From Nitrospirales bacterium (GTDB taxonomy: Bacteria; Nitrospirota; Nitrospiria; Nitrospirales; UBA8639), in assembly GCA_965203295.1 (NCBI GenBank), contig CBDBCZ010000017.1:1472001-1536000 (forward strand): DNA of 64,000 nt. The letters are read 5' to 3'. The translations under genes and the position numbers were made by a program. Under the pieces are notes generated by a model. It made no database searches and was not told the DNA's origin. It was given only the letters and a program-made list of their open reading frames with translations. This document shows positions 1 to 12,700 of the stretch, piece by piece (position 1 is the first letter of the stretch; each line of letters opens with the position of its first letter).

Positions 1-713
1 GTTGATGGCAGAATGAAAAGTGGGGAATATTTTATCACGAGGGTGATACCGGGAGAAGGTAGGGAGAATGCATGTGAGCGAACATGGTTACAGTTCTCAG
101 ACATTGAGGGAGGATAGAGAATCTACCAGATCTGACGCTACTACAGGCTCTACAGTCAGTTACACCATCATGGTAGACGATGCTACCTTCTCCGCCAAAC
201 CAGATGAGCTCCAAATCACTGTGGCAGCCAATTCCCGTGTTCCGCAGCACTGCTGTAGACCAGGACTACACTGAAGACTCCGCAGCTACCATTCAGTCAG
301 CGGTAAGGCTGGTAGCTTCATACTATACCTCTCGTAGCTAATCTTCAGAACCTGTATGTACCTAGACTAAGTGACTTAGGTAAAATATAGCCGTCTTTCA
401 GATGCCTACGCATAATTATGTAAGTGGATCATATGAGAAAGGTATTGTAACAGGCTCTCCCTCGTTTTAGGGAGACCCTAGGGATGAGGCTGCATGAGCT
501 TGATGTAGCCACTATTTTACTCAACAATCACGTGTCTTGCATACATATATTCAACATATTAGTAGATGAAAGTGGTCTGACTAAAGACTGTTTTCTACCT
601 ATTGTCACACTACTCTAGCAATGACAAGTCACAATTCACACAGTTGTGTGCATAGCAATGGTACACATAGGTAAATGCAAGTGATAGCTGGGATTCTGGT
701 GACAGCAACTTAC

Positions 714-3700
714 GCCACAGCATTGTTGCCGAGGGCCAGAGTTGAAAGGCCGTAGAAGAAGACGATGAGTCCGACAATGGACGCTGGAATCAGCCAGGTA
801 GTGTAGAATCCAACCCAGGCAAAATACATTCCCACGTATTCTCCAAAGTACCTCCTGTGAATGTATAAACATACAAATAAATAGTATGTATTTACACTGT
901 TGCTGGATACTAGGTGTGTCATCTCATATGTTGTTGAGGAACATGTTCATGCTCACGCCAAGCGCCACGCCCACTAGAAACACGTGGCAGTACAGTGCAC
1001 CTCGGTCGTGGTCGTTGCTAGCCGTAAGAGAACAGTATGTAGCGCTTGCACTCTGCCTATAGTAGTTCAAAGAAGGCCAAGAGGCAAGTCACCAAAAGGT
1101 TACGGTTCCTTTTGTCACCTACTGCAAAGAAAACTGAGATGGTTCCTTCAACACACACAATCATAATTGCGGGAAAAACAAGTGGTCTTTCCTTTGTTCG
1201 CAACAAAGGAGACTACACATTTGGGATTATGTTTTTTGTGATGGCTTCCCTCAAACTATGTCAATACATGTACATATACAAGCTATAGCTTTCTGGCTCT
1301 ACCTTTATATCTCTGCAAAATTGGGGTATGAGATGACCCTTGAATTGCAATTGAGATAACCAAGCATGGGTTTTTGCAGTGTATCACCTTTCAGTGAAAC
1401 GAATGGCCATTATACATACATCTACACACCGCAAGTATCAGGCAAGTACTTATATAAATCAGGGAGATTTTAAAATCTATATGCTTATTTTGTTGCACTA
1501 CAAACTGTTTTTAGCCACACACCTGACATTATCCAGTGGCTGAGCCTTGTACCAGTTCTTCCATTGGGCCCAGCGGTAGTAGAGCAACTGACGGTCAGTC
1601 TCAATCCTCTCTCCTTCCTTAACCTTATAGGGCCCCTGTATACAGCAAATGTACAGTTCATCAAAATTGAAAAAAAGGCTGAATCAAATGCTAAGTGACA
1701 AGTCTGACATTTCATGTCTAAAAAACTAGCCGGATGCCTTTCCCATATAATACACACAACTCAACTTTAAGCTACTGGGGTATTAACGCGGTACAGCGAA
1801 AGTAATGACTCAGCAGTTTTGTCATGTGCCTACAGGTAGTAGCTATATCTGCCACAAAACCAGGATCTTTACGGCTACCTACCACGTTTTCGCCATCTAG
1901 GCAACACAAAACTACCTTCATTTGCTGTAGCTTGGCCTGCAAACCTCTAAAAGTAATGTATGACGTAATATATTGCGCACGTGATAAGTGCGGACGCACA
2001 AACAGACAAACAAACAGCAATCTAAGGACCAGCCGTTCGCGCGCTGCGTGCGCTCCGGCTGGTAACAAGATATAAACTGCTGTATCTGAAAGCTGCTCAT
2101 TCTTGAAAGAACGAATGCTCTTGGGTATTCAAGGAGAATGCTAATGGAATAGTGGTGCAGCCCTTCTGTAAGTAACAAAGTGCCATGTCTCTAATGATAG
2201 GCCACACCCTGAAAGTGCACAAACACTCCCCTCAGTTTCCTGCCCTGCTCATTTTGACTCCTGTAGTGATGCTTTGTTATTTCCTGATGATCAGTTGATA
2301 GGTATACATTCCTCTGTTCTTAATCAACATGGATTCATGGAGAAATAGACAGATTCCATGTTATTGTTTGTATAGTTGATTGGCTAGCCAGCTATACACC
2401 CTGAAAGTGCACAAATACTCCCCTTAGTATCCTGCCCTGCTCATTTTGACTCTCTTAGTGACGCTTTGATGTTTTCTAATGATCAGTTGGTAGGCATACA
2501 TTCCTCCGCTCTTGACTCGCTTTAATCATCATGGAATTATGGAATCTGACTAGCAATAGTTAGATTCCATGTTATTGTTTGCATGGCTTACCAGCTGTAC
2601 ACTTCTGTTCGCTTCTAGCTACTCACCTCATGCAGAGGGTAGGCTGCTGTGAATGTGTGATCATGTAGTAGATGGTGCAGACCAATTGCATCATGGCTGG
2701 GGTCATCCTCTTTATCAGCACTCCTCACGTCTTGCAAGATTTCCCACGCCTGCATTAGAAGTCAGAGGTATATGAAACAGCCAGAGTTCAAAGGGGATTT
2801 ATTGGTCGTGGGAGGGGGGAGACATAGACAGATGGAGATAGTGTGTGAAGCATGGAGATTTCACCCCACCATGTATAAATTAAACACAAATACCTCTATA
2901 AATGCAGGATTGAACTCACTATTGCACTTCTCTGAGCACTGGTAAAGAACGTGTCCTTATCCCAATCTTGAAAACTGTCGATAGAGAAACACATATTATG
3001 CACTGGGATACAAATTTAAACTAGAGGTCTCTAGCAGAGACACACCCCGCGCTCCTGGACCCTGCAGACTGTAGCGCCGTATGCGAGCTGTAGGCGTGGC
3101 TGATCGCCGTAGAAATGATACATGCATTTCTCTACGTATACTCCAGTATGCTTTCTATCTGATATCTCTTCTAAGCTCCATGTTGAATCAAAGACTCGCA
3201 TACCATACTCGAGGGCTCGCGTATGTCCGTATTCAAGCTGAAGGTGTGACCAACTGCCGTATTAAAAAAGGGGTGACCACTTGCCGTATTAAAAAAAAGA
3301 TGGAACACACCGATAATCAAAAACAGCGTGGAAATGCCGAGAATAAAACCGCTTTTTACTATATCAGGTACAGACAGGCTAATGTATCACGGATTTCAGC
3401 GTTTACCTTCTGTTTAGAAGCCGTTATAGCCTTTAAATCGCCCGTTTGAGAGATTTTTCAAAATTTTTTATGACAGACAACAACGACGACAGACGGACAA
3501 AACCGATTACTAAACCCCGCTTGCGCATACACGCGCGGGGTAAAAACAACAACCATACTCTATGCTGATTTAATGCCGAGACACACGGCTGAGTAACTAC
3601 ACATGATTTATGAATACTAAAGGCAATATGATGTGCAGTTATGTCAATAGATGCTACAACTGAGCTGTTGTACACTGATGTAGAAGTGATTAAAATACAC

Positions 3701-6700
3701 CAGAGTGGGACTGTAGAAATTATTGTGCAGGTTAGTTCCTGTAAAAGCAAATTGTGCAAGTACCGTAAACTACGTATTATCCGCCCATGGGCGGGCCACT
3801 TAAGCGCAAGCTGAAAGAGGGGGGTGGGCGGATAATACGTAGTTTTTATAAATGCAATGTAGTAACTGCCCACTCGAATACGTTCCAAACGTGCGGTATG
3901 CAAAGCGAGTATATATACAAGGTAAGTATAGCTTTCCTAGGCAAGTACCACACCACAGTGAATGTGAATTGTGTTAAAACTAGCTACTATAGAAGCATGC
4001 GGACTACTATTATCAGCTAAAAAACGAAATGGCTAACGGACGTACTGTCGGTATTCCAATTAAAGCGCACTAAAGCTCGAATTTTGTCACTTAATTCTGC
4101 TCGTTGTCTCGGAATTTTCAGTTGTTGGTTACATGTTTAGCTCACATGGATGGTATTTAAGGGTGGGCGGATACTAAGTACATAAATACCCTCCGACATT
4201 AACTCTGACTCAAAGAGGGGGGTGGGCGGATAATACATCATGACGTAGTTTACGGTATATTCCTGTCCCCAAATTGGATCACAAAATACGAAACCGCTCA
4301 CCTTTCCCTGTGTTCATATTTGAATGGTGCAGTGAATTGGCTGGGGACTTCAAGATGTTCATCCTTGGGTTTAAGAGGTTCAAAAGGGTCCTTCATGTTG
4401 ACTGTGTTCAAGAGAGTCTCCCGCCAACCGAGTATCTCTTCAGTGATCTCAGAGTCCTATTGAGATGCAGATTGTGAGGTTATTACTGAATGGAGGAGCA
4501 TGCATTATTGTTAGATCAGCAAGTCCACTGATTACTACAGCAAGCAAGCTAAACAAATCCCAGCTATTGACACAAAATCCAGCTACTGACACAACTACTC
4601 GTCATGTTGCCTGTAGTATTCGTACATGGGTTTGCATGTCAAAAGCACTCATTTGTACCAGAAGGCATCACAGAGTCAATGACTGTTTGGCTGTCTATCC
4701 TCCAAGGCTGAAGTCATGAGATTCAACCTCAGAGTGTCAATACATGATAGCCTCATTCCTCGGCCCCGTGAGAATTAACAATTCAACTGGTTATCACTTC
4801 AAGATACCCCCACCTTCATGGGCATATTGAGAAACATCCTTTCCGCTCGACGAAGCAGAGCTCTGTGAGTGCAGTGGATGAAGTATGTTTCTGAGTCATC
4901 AGATTCCTAAGGGAGGATTGCATACCACCAATATTAGGCTGCCTGTGACCTTGGTTCTTATAACTTCATATACAATGGAAACTTGGCAATAATATAATTA
5001 TTTAGAGATTCTCTCAGTCGGCTAGTAGAATTTATCATCGCGAATTTTTTGCATTTTCAACCCAAAGTTTCAGCAGAAGTTCTTAATTGCCGACATTTCG
5101 ATTACAGTTAATTGCCAACACAGTAGTCGAAACGTCAGCAATTAAGGAGCTTCTGCTGAAACATCGGGTTGGAATTGAAAAAACTTTGCGATGAATGGCA
5201 ATAAAATTCCAATCAACATAACCTACCCCAGCAGACTCGTTCCCTATGAAACTAGTGCATGCATGTTATTTCATACAGAGGGTTTCGTGGGAAATGAGTA
5301 ATGGAGCAGGACACGCTTGCATAAAGCCATCTTTGCAGTGATCGCTCTCCTGCTACCGAATCAAGCTTACTGTCGAGTAACCTCCCACTGCCAATGCTCC
5401 CCTCTTTTAATTTCTTCACTACCACTATTTCTGTGTCGCTGTGCACATAACCCCCTTAACAGCTGCTGCAGGCAAGCCACCGTAGTGCCACATATTACAG
5501 GATGCGTAGTGTACAAAGATACACCAACAGGGGAAGTAATTTGCAAACACGGGGTCTCCATATAGCTAACACGGTCAGTTGCCTCGCTTCCTACTCAACA
5601 ATTTAACAGTTTTCATCAATGGAAGAATAAACTGGCTTGAGAACAAGGCTTTACATGCACATAGTATACAAACAAAATAATAGCAAAGCAGACTTGCACT
5701 AAATCCAATTACAGCACATTTCTTAGCCCTAGCAACCCAATTTTTGGATTATATATAGCAGTTCAAACACTCTCTCTAACTTTATTGAAACCATCTGAAC
5801 TGATTTTATCATCAAACTATTTATGGCTGTAATTTTACATTTCCTATAATAGGAAGTTGTCCTGGAGCTTGCACATACTGGGTATAGTCTATCGAGCTAG
5901 ACCCTCCTTTGCATGGAGGAGGATCTAGCTCGATAGACTAATACCAGGTAATAAAAACAGGGATGGTTTCCAAACAGAATTGCTACTTAGTTCCATATCA
6001 ATAATATACTCATGTTGCTGCTGTAACACTTACGCCATCGACCACGCACCCACATACGCAGGCGGAGCTTGAAAGATCTCCAGTCAGAAGACAAGAGCAA
6101 GAGTAACCAGATGTCTCACCATTACCATCCTGATCGTCATATAATTTATTCTTCCTAGTATCCCAGATAAATAAAAAAAAACTCTTAACTAGCCTTAATA
6201 AAGCCTTAAAATCATATCTTTCCCAATTCTCACACCCAACAGATTGTGTCTTCGCAGTTCCATACTGCTGAGTTCTAATTAGATATAGTGCAAATCTCCC
6301 ATTGAATAATACATGCTCACAGAACTGCTGTCTTTGGGTTCATAATCCATCCCCTTCTTCAAGCACGACTGCAGAAAGTACTCTCGCTTGGCTCTCAGCT
6401 CTTTCCTGCGCTCCTCTGCAATCTCCGTCATTTGAGGACATGGGTTGAAGCGACTCTGTACCAACTTCTGAAGATGACGCTCTTCCTTGTAGGACAAGAC
6501 AAAGTCTGTGTGGAGATGGAAGCAGCATCCTTAAAGGGATGTTGGATAGGCAAGACAGGCAGCACTGAAAACCTTTCGATTGATATATTGGATCATGGAT
6601 GCCAGTGCTATAAATGATGCCAGGTAGCCTGCACTGGCAAACAACTCTCATTACTGGCTACGCTTCGGTTCGAAGACCTTCTTCAGGCACAGCATGATCG

Positions 6701-8272
6701 TTATGCACTCACCGATTTGGGTCTTGCCATCCTTGAACACAATGGTCGGCTTAACCTAAAAAGGGGAAAATGAGCAATTCAAATTAATTAACTCGTCCTC
6801 AAAGGAGAATTATTCTGACTCTGTACTAGGGGGTCCTGGAGGGGATAGCGAAAACCCGTGATCGATGTTATGATGTCAATAGTTCCTCATGATGATGTTG
6901 ATCCTATAATCACCACAAATTCCAGACCATAGTAATTTATGTACACACAAGATATGTAAAGGCGGCAGGCAAGCTTCAGCACACCCCAGTGTTTGCTTTT
7001 AACTAAGTTGTATTAGCTTCCTTCCAAAAAAGCTGCACGGTGGTAGAGCTGTATAGTACTGCCAGGAATCAGCAAAGGTTCCCTGATTTGAACGCTGATC
7101 ACCACTTTTTTCCTCTTCTTCTTTACGATTTAGCTTTTGCTCAACAGTAAAAGGTTATATGCCGTGACGTAGGGTAGACTTATATGCCCACGTAACGGTA
7201 CTTACATGCCCATGCACTAATTGAAAAACGGCATCTCTTAAGCTCAGAATGATTGAAACGGCATAACTGAGGGCTGTTGACTGAAGCAGACAATCCTTCC
7301 ACAGCGATAAAGATAAGCCAGCTGTACTGCAAAGGGTTGCATTAGCCATATGGCCTACCAGGGTAACTAAATTACTGATGCCTTTACCATAACAGCTTGT
7401 AAAGTTACACACCACCATGGTAATGTTTTCAGGTTACCTGTTAGTATAACAACATATAAGTATCTGACAGATCTATATGTACCTAGCTATGTAGGCATAC
7501 TTCATTTTGATTTAGTCTCGTGCCCAGATCGTCACTCCTCCCCCTCGCTGAAACAGAACAGCATGGGGGGGAAGGGGGTGGGGCGGCAATGGTTTGGAAA
7601 CACGTCTCAGCGATGGGGAGGAGAGACGGTCTGCAGGGTTCTGGCCACACTGGTTGGCATGTATAATAGGTAAATTCCGTAGGGAATTTAATTAATGTGT
7701 AGCGGAAACTCAAGCTACTAATGTCTTACTATCAAACCTTGTAGGGGAGTGGTCCAATAGCAGCGAACATAATAAAAATTATGAAAATACACACCACCCA
7801 TGCATACTTGAAGTTGTAAAAAAAGTCCAGATGATTGGTTTTCTCTGTGAAGGTCACATTTAATGAGCATAATTTGAGCATAATAGGGGCATTTGTTGAG
7901 TATAATAGAAGGAATTTTGGAGCAATGCAGCATAGCATAGGTTTCTTTTTGAGCATAATAGGCTCAGATATTATGTAATGGCTTTTAAGTACTTAATTAG
8001 GTTAGGCCAAAGTGTATCAGTTTACACAGTCAACTTTCATTTGCCTATTGCACTGGACTCTAGTCTCGCGTCGAGAGTCTGGTCACGCGAGACTAGCACT
8101 GGACAACTGTCAGCCAACTTGCCAACCTCTGTCATACACACGAGACAGGAGACGTCGACAAGCCCCGACTAACCTCTGCTTTCTCTAGCAGCTGCAGCTC
8201 CTCCTCGCTAGTAACATCTTCATCTTCGTCGAGGGTCTGCAGGGCTCGGGCACCCTCAGCATCTTCAGCCAT
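714..8272 (-). CDS. ANO: Anoctamin/TMEM16 family gene, paralog A; exons 1-9 only (3' part outside the window or missing)
   Basis: Hand-traced GT-AG exons with compatible phases: 8174-8272 ([33 protein letters not shown]), 6713-6755 ([14 protein letters not shown]), 6321-6505 ([23 protein letters not shown]), 4814-4906, 4302-4456, 2920-2974 ([12 protein letters not shown]), 2627-2749 (AAYPLHE), 1523-1635 ([11 protein letters not shown]), 714-854 ([21 protein letters not shown]). These are hallmark anoctamin N-terminal/TM1 motifs, with no stops or frameshifts in the nine exons. Confidence 0.9.
1699..2064 (-). mobile_element. Dispersed non-autonomous element (Helentron/HINE-like), copy 1
   Basis: Near-identical to 35896-36270 (both give the spurious [33 protein letters not shown]). 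On the minus strand it begins TTACCAGCCGGAGC followed by a short GTTT/GTCT microsatellite. Confidence 0.65.
3021..3543 (-). mobile_element. Putative Helentron/DINE-like non-autonomous element
   Basis: The minus strand starts TTACCCCGCGCGTGTATGCGCAAGCGGGG (hairpin), continues with a GTCY-type microsatellite and ends near CTCTAGTTT. It is CpG-rich relative to the host intron. Confidence 0.45.
3761..4257. mobile_element. MITE with terminal inverted repeats, TA-flanked (Tc1/mariner-pogo type)
   Basis: TA-CCGTAAACTACGT ... ACGTAGTTTACGG-TA, plus internal GGGTGGGCGGATA repeats inverted to TATCCGCCC. Confidence 0.75.
5035..5194. repeat. Imperfect palindrome of about 160 bp (hairpin MITE-like)
   Basis: tcatcgcgaa..gtttcagcagaagttcttaattgccgacatttcga pairs with tcgaaacgtcagcaattaaggagcttctgctgaaac..ttgcgatga. 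A related half copy lies near 30645-30700. Confidence 0.65.
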
Positions 8273-9721
8273 GGCGGCCAGTCGCGTCGGTGAATCCTGT
8301 GATCGAGCCGACCGGTACCCTATGCGTAATACGCTGCGGTCACGCGCGCACGTGATCGATCTAACCCTGAAGCTGGAAGGAAGCCTCATAGGTGTTCCAC
8401 AAATTCTATGGAACCCAGGGTGTCACCATCATCGAACATATGTCATGTTTGGACATTCCACAGGTGTAGCTAAGTAAACAGTCTGAAAGGCTTATCCAAT
8501 TTCACTGACAGCTAGCTGCTGGGCAGTCATTATTATAGCTATGTGCTCTATATAGCTAATTTGGCAATGGTGATCACTGATCATGTTGGAGTGAACCTGA
8601 CTAGAAACTGGGGACTGCATGGGATTGAGGACAAGACTTAGCTGTAACCATCAGCTCCCTCAAAGAGCAGAGCAAAAGGCTATGTTTACTTCCCTCCTAA
8701 TACTTTTCTCTTTCAATCTCAACCTCGTATGGCTGTTCATTCCTCTCATCCATATAATCTGCTGGTCCCTTTTGCTCGTACTTCCGCTCTTTTGCATTTA
8801 TTTGTGCCCAGCTCCTCTTCACTTTGGAACTCTCTCCCTCACGCTATCAAAGACTGCTCTTCTCTTTCAACCTTTCTATAAATTTTACTCCTTTATAATT
8901 TATTTCTGCTGCTTTCCAATTCCTATTAATTTTGTGTTACCCTATTCTGCATATTTGTTATGGTTGCTCTTTATATTAGCTTTATTGTGCTATTGAGCTT
9001 CCTTTTTGATATATAAAAAAAAACAGTCCCACGGACCATTCTGAAGTGTGTGGTCTCAGGAGGTGCACGAATAAGCAGTTGCCATGGCAGGAAATGCACT
9101 CAGTAAAAACTACTGTATATTGAATCATTATCAGGCTTGGATACCGCTTGTTTATTACTGTATGAGTGCCCATTAAGCTTGCATGAGTGCCCAAGCTTGT
9201 GAAGGCCCGGGCACAAGCCTAACAAATTAGCTATGTTACATGTGCATTCATTGATTATGAACCATGAAGTGATAGCTATAGCTAGCAGCTAAGAGTGTGT
9301 AAAATACATTGATCGATGGGTGATAAACACTTCACTGATACAGTAGTGAATTAACTAGCCATTCAGCACTCTCACTCTGTGACCGTTCATGCATCATTGA
9401 AAGATTCTATGAAGACGACCAATTGTATGTGTACATTATTAAAAATCATGGACTGGAGGCTATCCAACAAGTAGCTACAAAATTGTCTCTCTCAAGGCTA
9501 ACTAGCCATGTACAATGGCACACACTATGTTGCTGCCATGGTGTATATACTATCATGGAAGACGACGTACCCCCACCACAGATGCAAAATTCTCATTTCT
9601 GTCACAACGTACTAAAGTCAAATTCTTCTTTAGTCAGTTCAAATTTTGACTAATGAAGTTATTTACCAAAGATGCAATTTCATAACCATTTCATATTATA
9701 TATAATGAAGAGTTTTATAGT

Positions 9722-12700
9722 TCAGAGATGGCCACGACCTTCGTTGTCATCTCCACACTCTTTTTTGGGAGGTGTGGGACTCCGGCTTCGTGCCTGAGTG
9801 TAGAGTGCTTCATTGGCGAGATGCATCTCACGCTTGATTTGATTCAGCACACCTTTTGGTACATCAGGCACTAGCCAGTTTAAGAACGAGGACACACTAC
9901 GAATGAAAACCTGTATAGGTATAGAAAGTCATTGTGCAAAATAGCTATCTGGAAATTATAATACAAGTTGCTCATGCCTAAGGTGAATGGAACATCTGCC
10001 GCTCATTGACAACCAGCAAATGACTGGATGTTCATATTATTGTATGTGCAGACACAGTAGCTATGGTATTGTCTACTCAACAAATAATATCCATGCACTC
10101 CTTGAGATCTTCCACACGGAATTAATTCATAGCAACATAAAGTGTGTGTTGAATCATCATTCTCAATGTTGGGTGCAATTATTTGTGCATGGGTGTATGG
10201 GTGTTAAATCTGATATATCCTTAGCAAAATACCTCAAATAAGAGCACAAAGGCTAATCTTGCTGCCCATATCTGCCAGAACACCAGTGGGTGAGATCCAT
10301 CCACACTCACGTGTCCTCGGAACCTGAACAAAGCCACACAACCACTAATAAGGGATTCATCGTTTATACTAAGTTTAATACACTCCCAAGTGTAAAGATT
10401 TTTGGGAAATGTAATTATTAATTAAATAAATAATTCACAGCGACACTCGTGGCCTCTACAGATGAACCAACCTTCTTTTAGGGTGTATAAAAAAGTACAA
10501 TTCAGGTAGGTTAGTAATACAACAATGAATTTTACTGTTGGGTCAGTGAATAAAATGATTGCTGCAGCATTATAGATTTGGTCAGAATCTCAGGTTAGGA
10601 CCTTACCAATTTGTGGCAGACTATACACGTATTTATATAGCACTCAAAACTGTTCTATTACATACTACACTACATACGTGCTTTGCACATGTGAAGGCTG
10701 AAGCATAATTATCATCCATGATTATGATATCTATGTTTTTTAGTATATAGCTACTTACTGACAAGTGATATTCAAGTTGGCACAAGGTCCTGTAGGTTTC
10801 CTAGGTGACCAGTCCACTTGAGCATCAAAGACGAGTTGTTTAAATTGTCCGGTCTCAATACCATTGTCTGAACAGCCACCACCCCCATAAAAACAGGCAT
10901 ATTGTGCATTTGTGAAACCAACGTTGGTCCTGCCAGTTAGTGGATCAGAGTAGGTGCTGAATAACGCAGCAGAAGTGCTTATTTTGTTTGTTACAGCATC
11001 ATACAAGCATTCAAAGTCAATGAATGGTAGGTAGAGAATCGGTTCCCCATTTTTATTTGTTATTTTATTCCCCCTGTCATCATACATCACAAGTGCATGT
11101 GCAGAGTAGGCAGGAAAGGCTTGCCCATCAAGAAGAGCACTGAGAGGAAAGGGGCTCACAGACCATTGAATATAGCCGGAGAGGTCATGGGTCCTTGTGG
11201 CATTTCCAAATGCTGTATTTTCGATGCTGTTCTTGTACTGATCACTATACCCACCATGAATGTATACTTCAAATGGAATAAACTGCGTGGTGACTGCAAT
11301 TAGGAGTCCATTTGTCAGCACAGCAATTGAAGAAACAACATTCAAAATCGTAAACCATGCACCTGAGGGAAAAAAATGTTCCTTAAACACTATACATAGT
11401 TTCAGAATGCTCAGCAAAACCCGGCAAATCCTACAATTCTTGATTTTGCATTTATGGTGCCCAGGCTACAATACATACTAAGGTGGTTGTACTACTTCCA
11501 TTATGGTGCTGTAAGGCTAAATTCTAATATTCCAATAAATAATTATTGGTAAGTCAGTATATTATACAAACACATTGCTTTACGTAAATATAGATGATGC
11601 TGTTGCAGCAAACGATGCCTTTTTACATAGTTTTCTAGCTTCTCACCTCTTTCCACTCTCCATTTATCAGAGGTAAGGTGGCTATATAGCTCAGTAATGT
11701 TAGATACTGAACATGTACACAGTACTTAATATATGTGAACATTAGGAGACCCCATAGTAACATCAAAATGTTGTGAAATAAATTATGATGATTGGTAATC
11801 AGTTGAGCTGTATCTCGGGAAACAAGCGGCTGATCACTAACATATTTCGATGATCACTCCAATGATTAGATACAAAACTGACCCCTAATGGGTATTCACT
11901 CAGTGGGCCGACCGCAAATATGTACACATTTGCACAAGTAGCTAGAAGCTATAGGACAATGTATGCTACGCTATCAGTACTGACATATAAACATTCTGAT
12001 TTCATAATTTTCATGGCACATGTACATGCGTAACATATTACGTCCCAATAGCTAGTAACTCATAAAAACACAGAGATCCAAAAAATGACAAATATGAAGA
12101 ACACATCATCTTACCAATATCCTGCACTCGGACAGCAACTGGCCGCCGAAGCACAGTCACAAACATTTGAGCATCACGCCTGATCTCAACAATGTTACCG
12201 ATAAGGGCAAAGAGTGGGGCCAGAGGGAGTGCAGCCACAAAGATTGTCACAAAACCGTACTGAATAACTAGAGGAGGAAAGGAAACATATGTTTGTGAGG
12301 TTAGCTACTACACACACTGAGGCCAAGCACCAGGTGTTCTAAGGGTATTCAGGTTCATTATATACGTATTTATAATAATAGAATATAATGAAGCTGTATT
12401 TGTACCTAGCTCAAGAAACTCATGAAAGAGTGCTTGTTTGGGGTGTGCGCTTAGCTCTTTGTCAGTGCATTCCTCTTCTGAGTGATTCTTCCGATTGATG
12501 TGTTTCCATAGCCACATGGTAGATCTGCAATGCCATGTACAAGATTAATGGGTATAGTATACCCATTAATACAGTGATGGTGGAGCTGCCAGTTTTAGCT
12601 AGCGAATAAATTTAAGCTTATATCCAGATGGTATGTGCATCATGCCATGTAGCTGTGCACTGTAGATACAATTCTAATACGTAGTATATAAATTAGACAA

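Noticed and set aside
1046..1110. [12 protein letters not shown], reminiscent of a hAT-type transposase N-terminus
   Set aside because: Only about 12 residues, with no catalytic region or defined termini.
5252..5561. Possible receptor-kinase relic ([10 protein letters not shown])
   Set aside because: The motif is too short, the frames are broken and no other kinase motifs are present.
6655..6692. Minimal hammerhead-like motif on the minus strand (CTGAAGA-stem-GAAGCGTAG)
   Set aside because: The core GAAA reads GAAG and stem I has only about 2 bp, so at best a dead Penelope-type relic.
8619..8996. 125-aa hydrophobic ORF as a membrane protein
   Set aside because: It reflects a pyrimidine-rich strand. 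The opposite strand looks like decayed K/E-rich coding sequence with several stops, and no family is recognisable.
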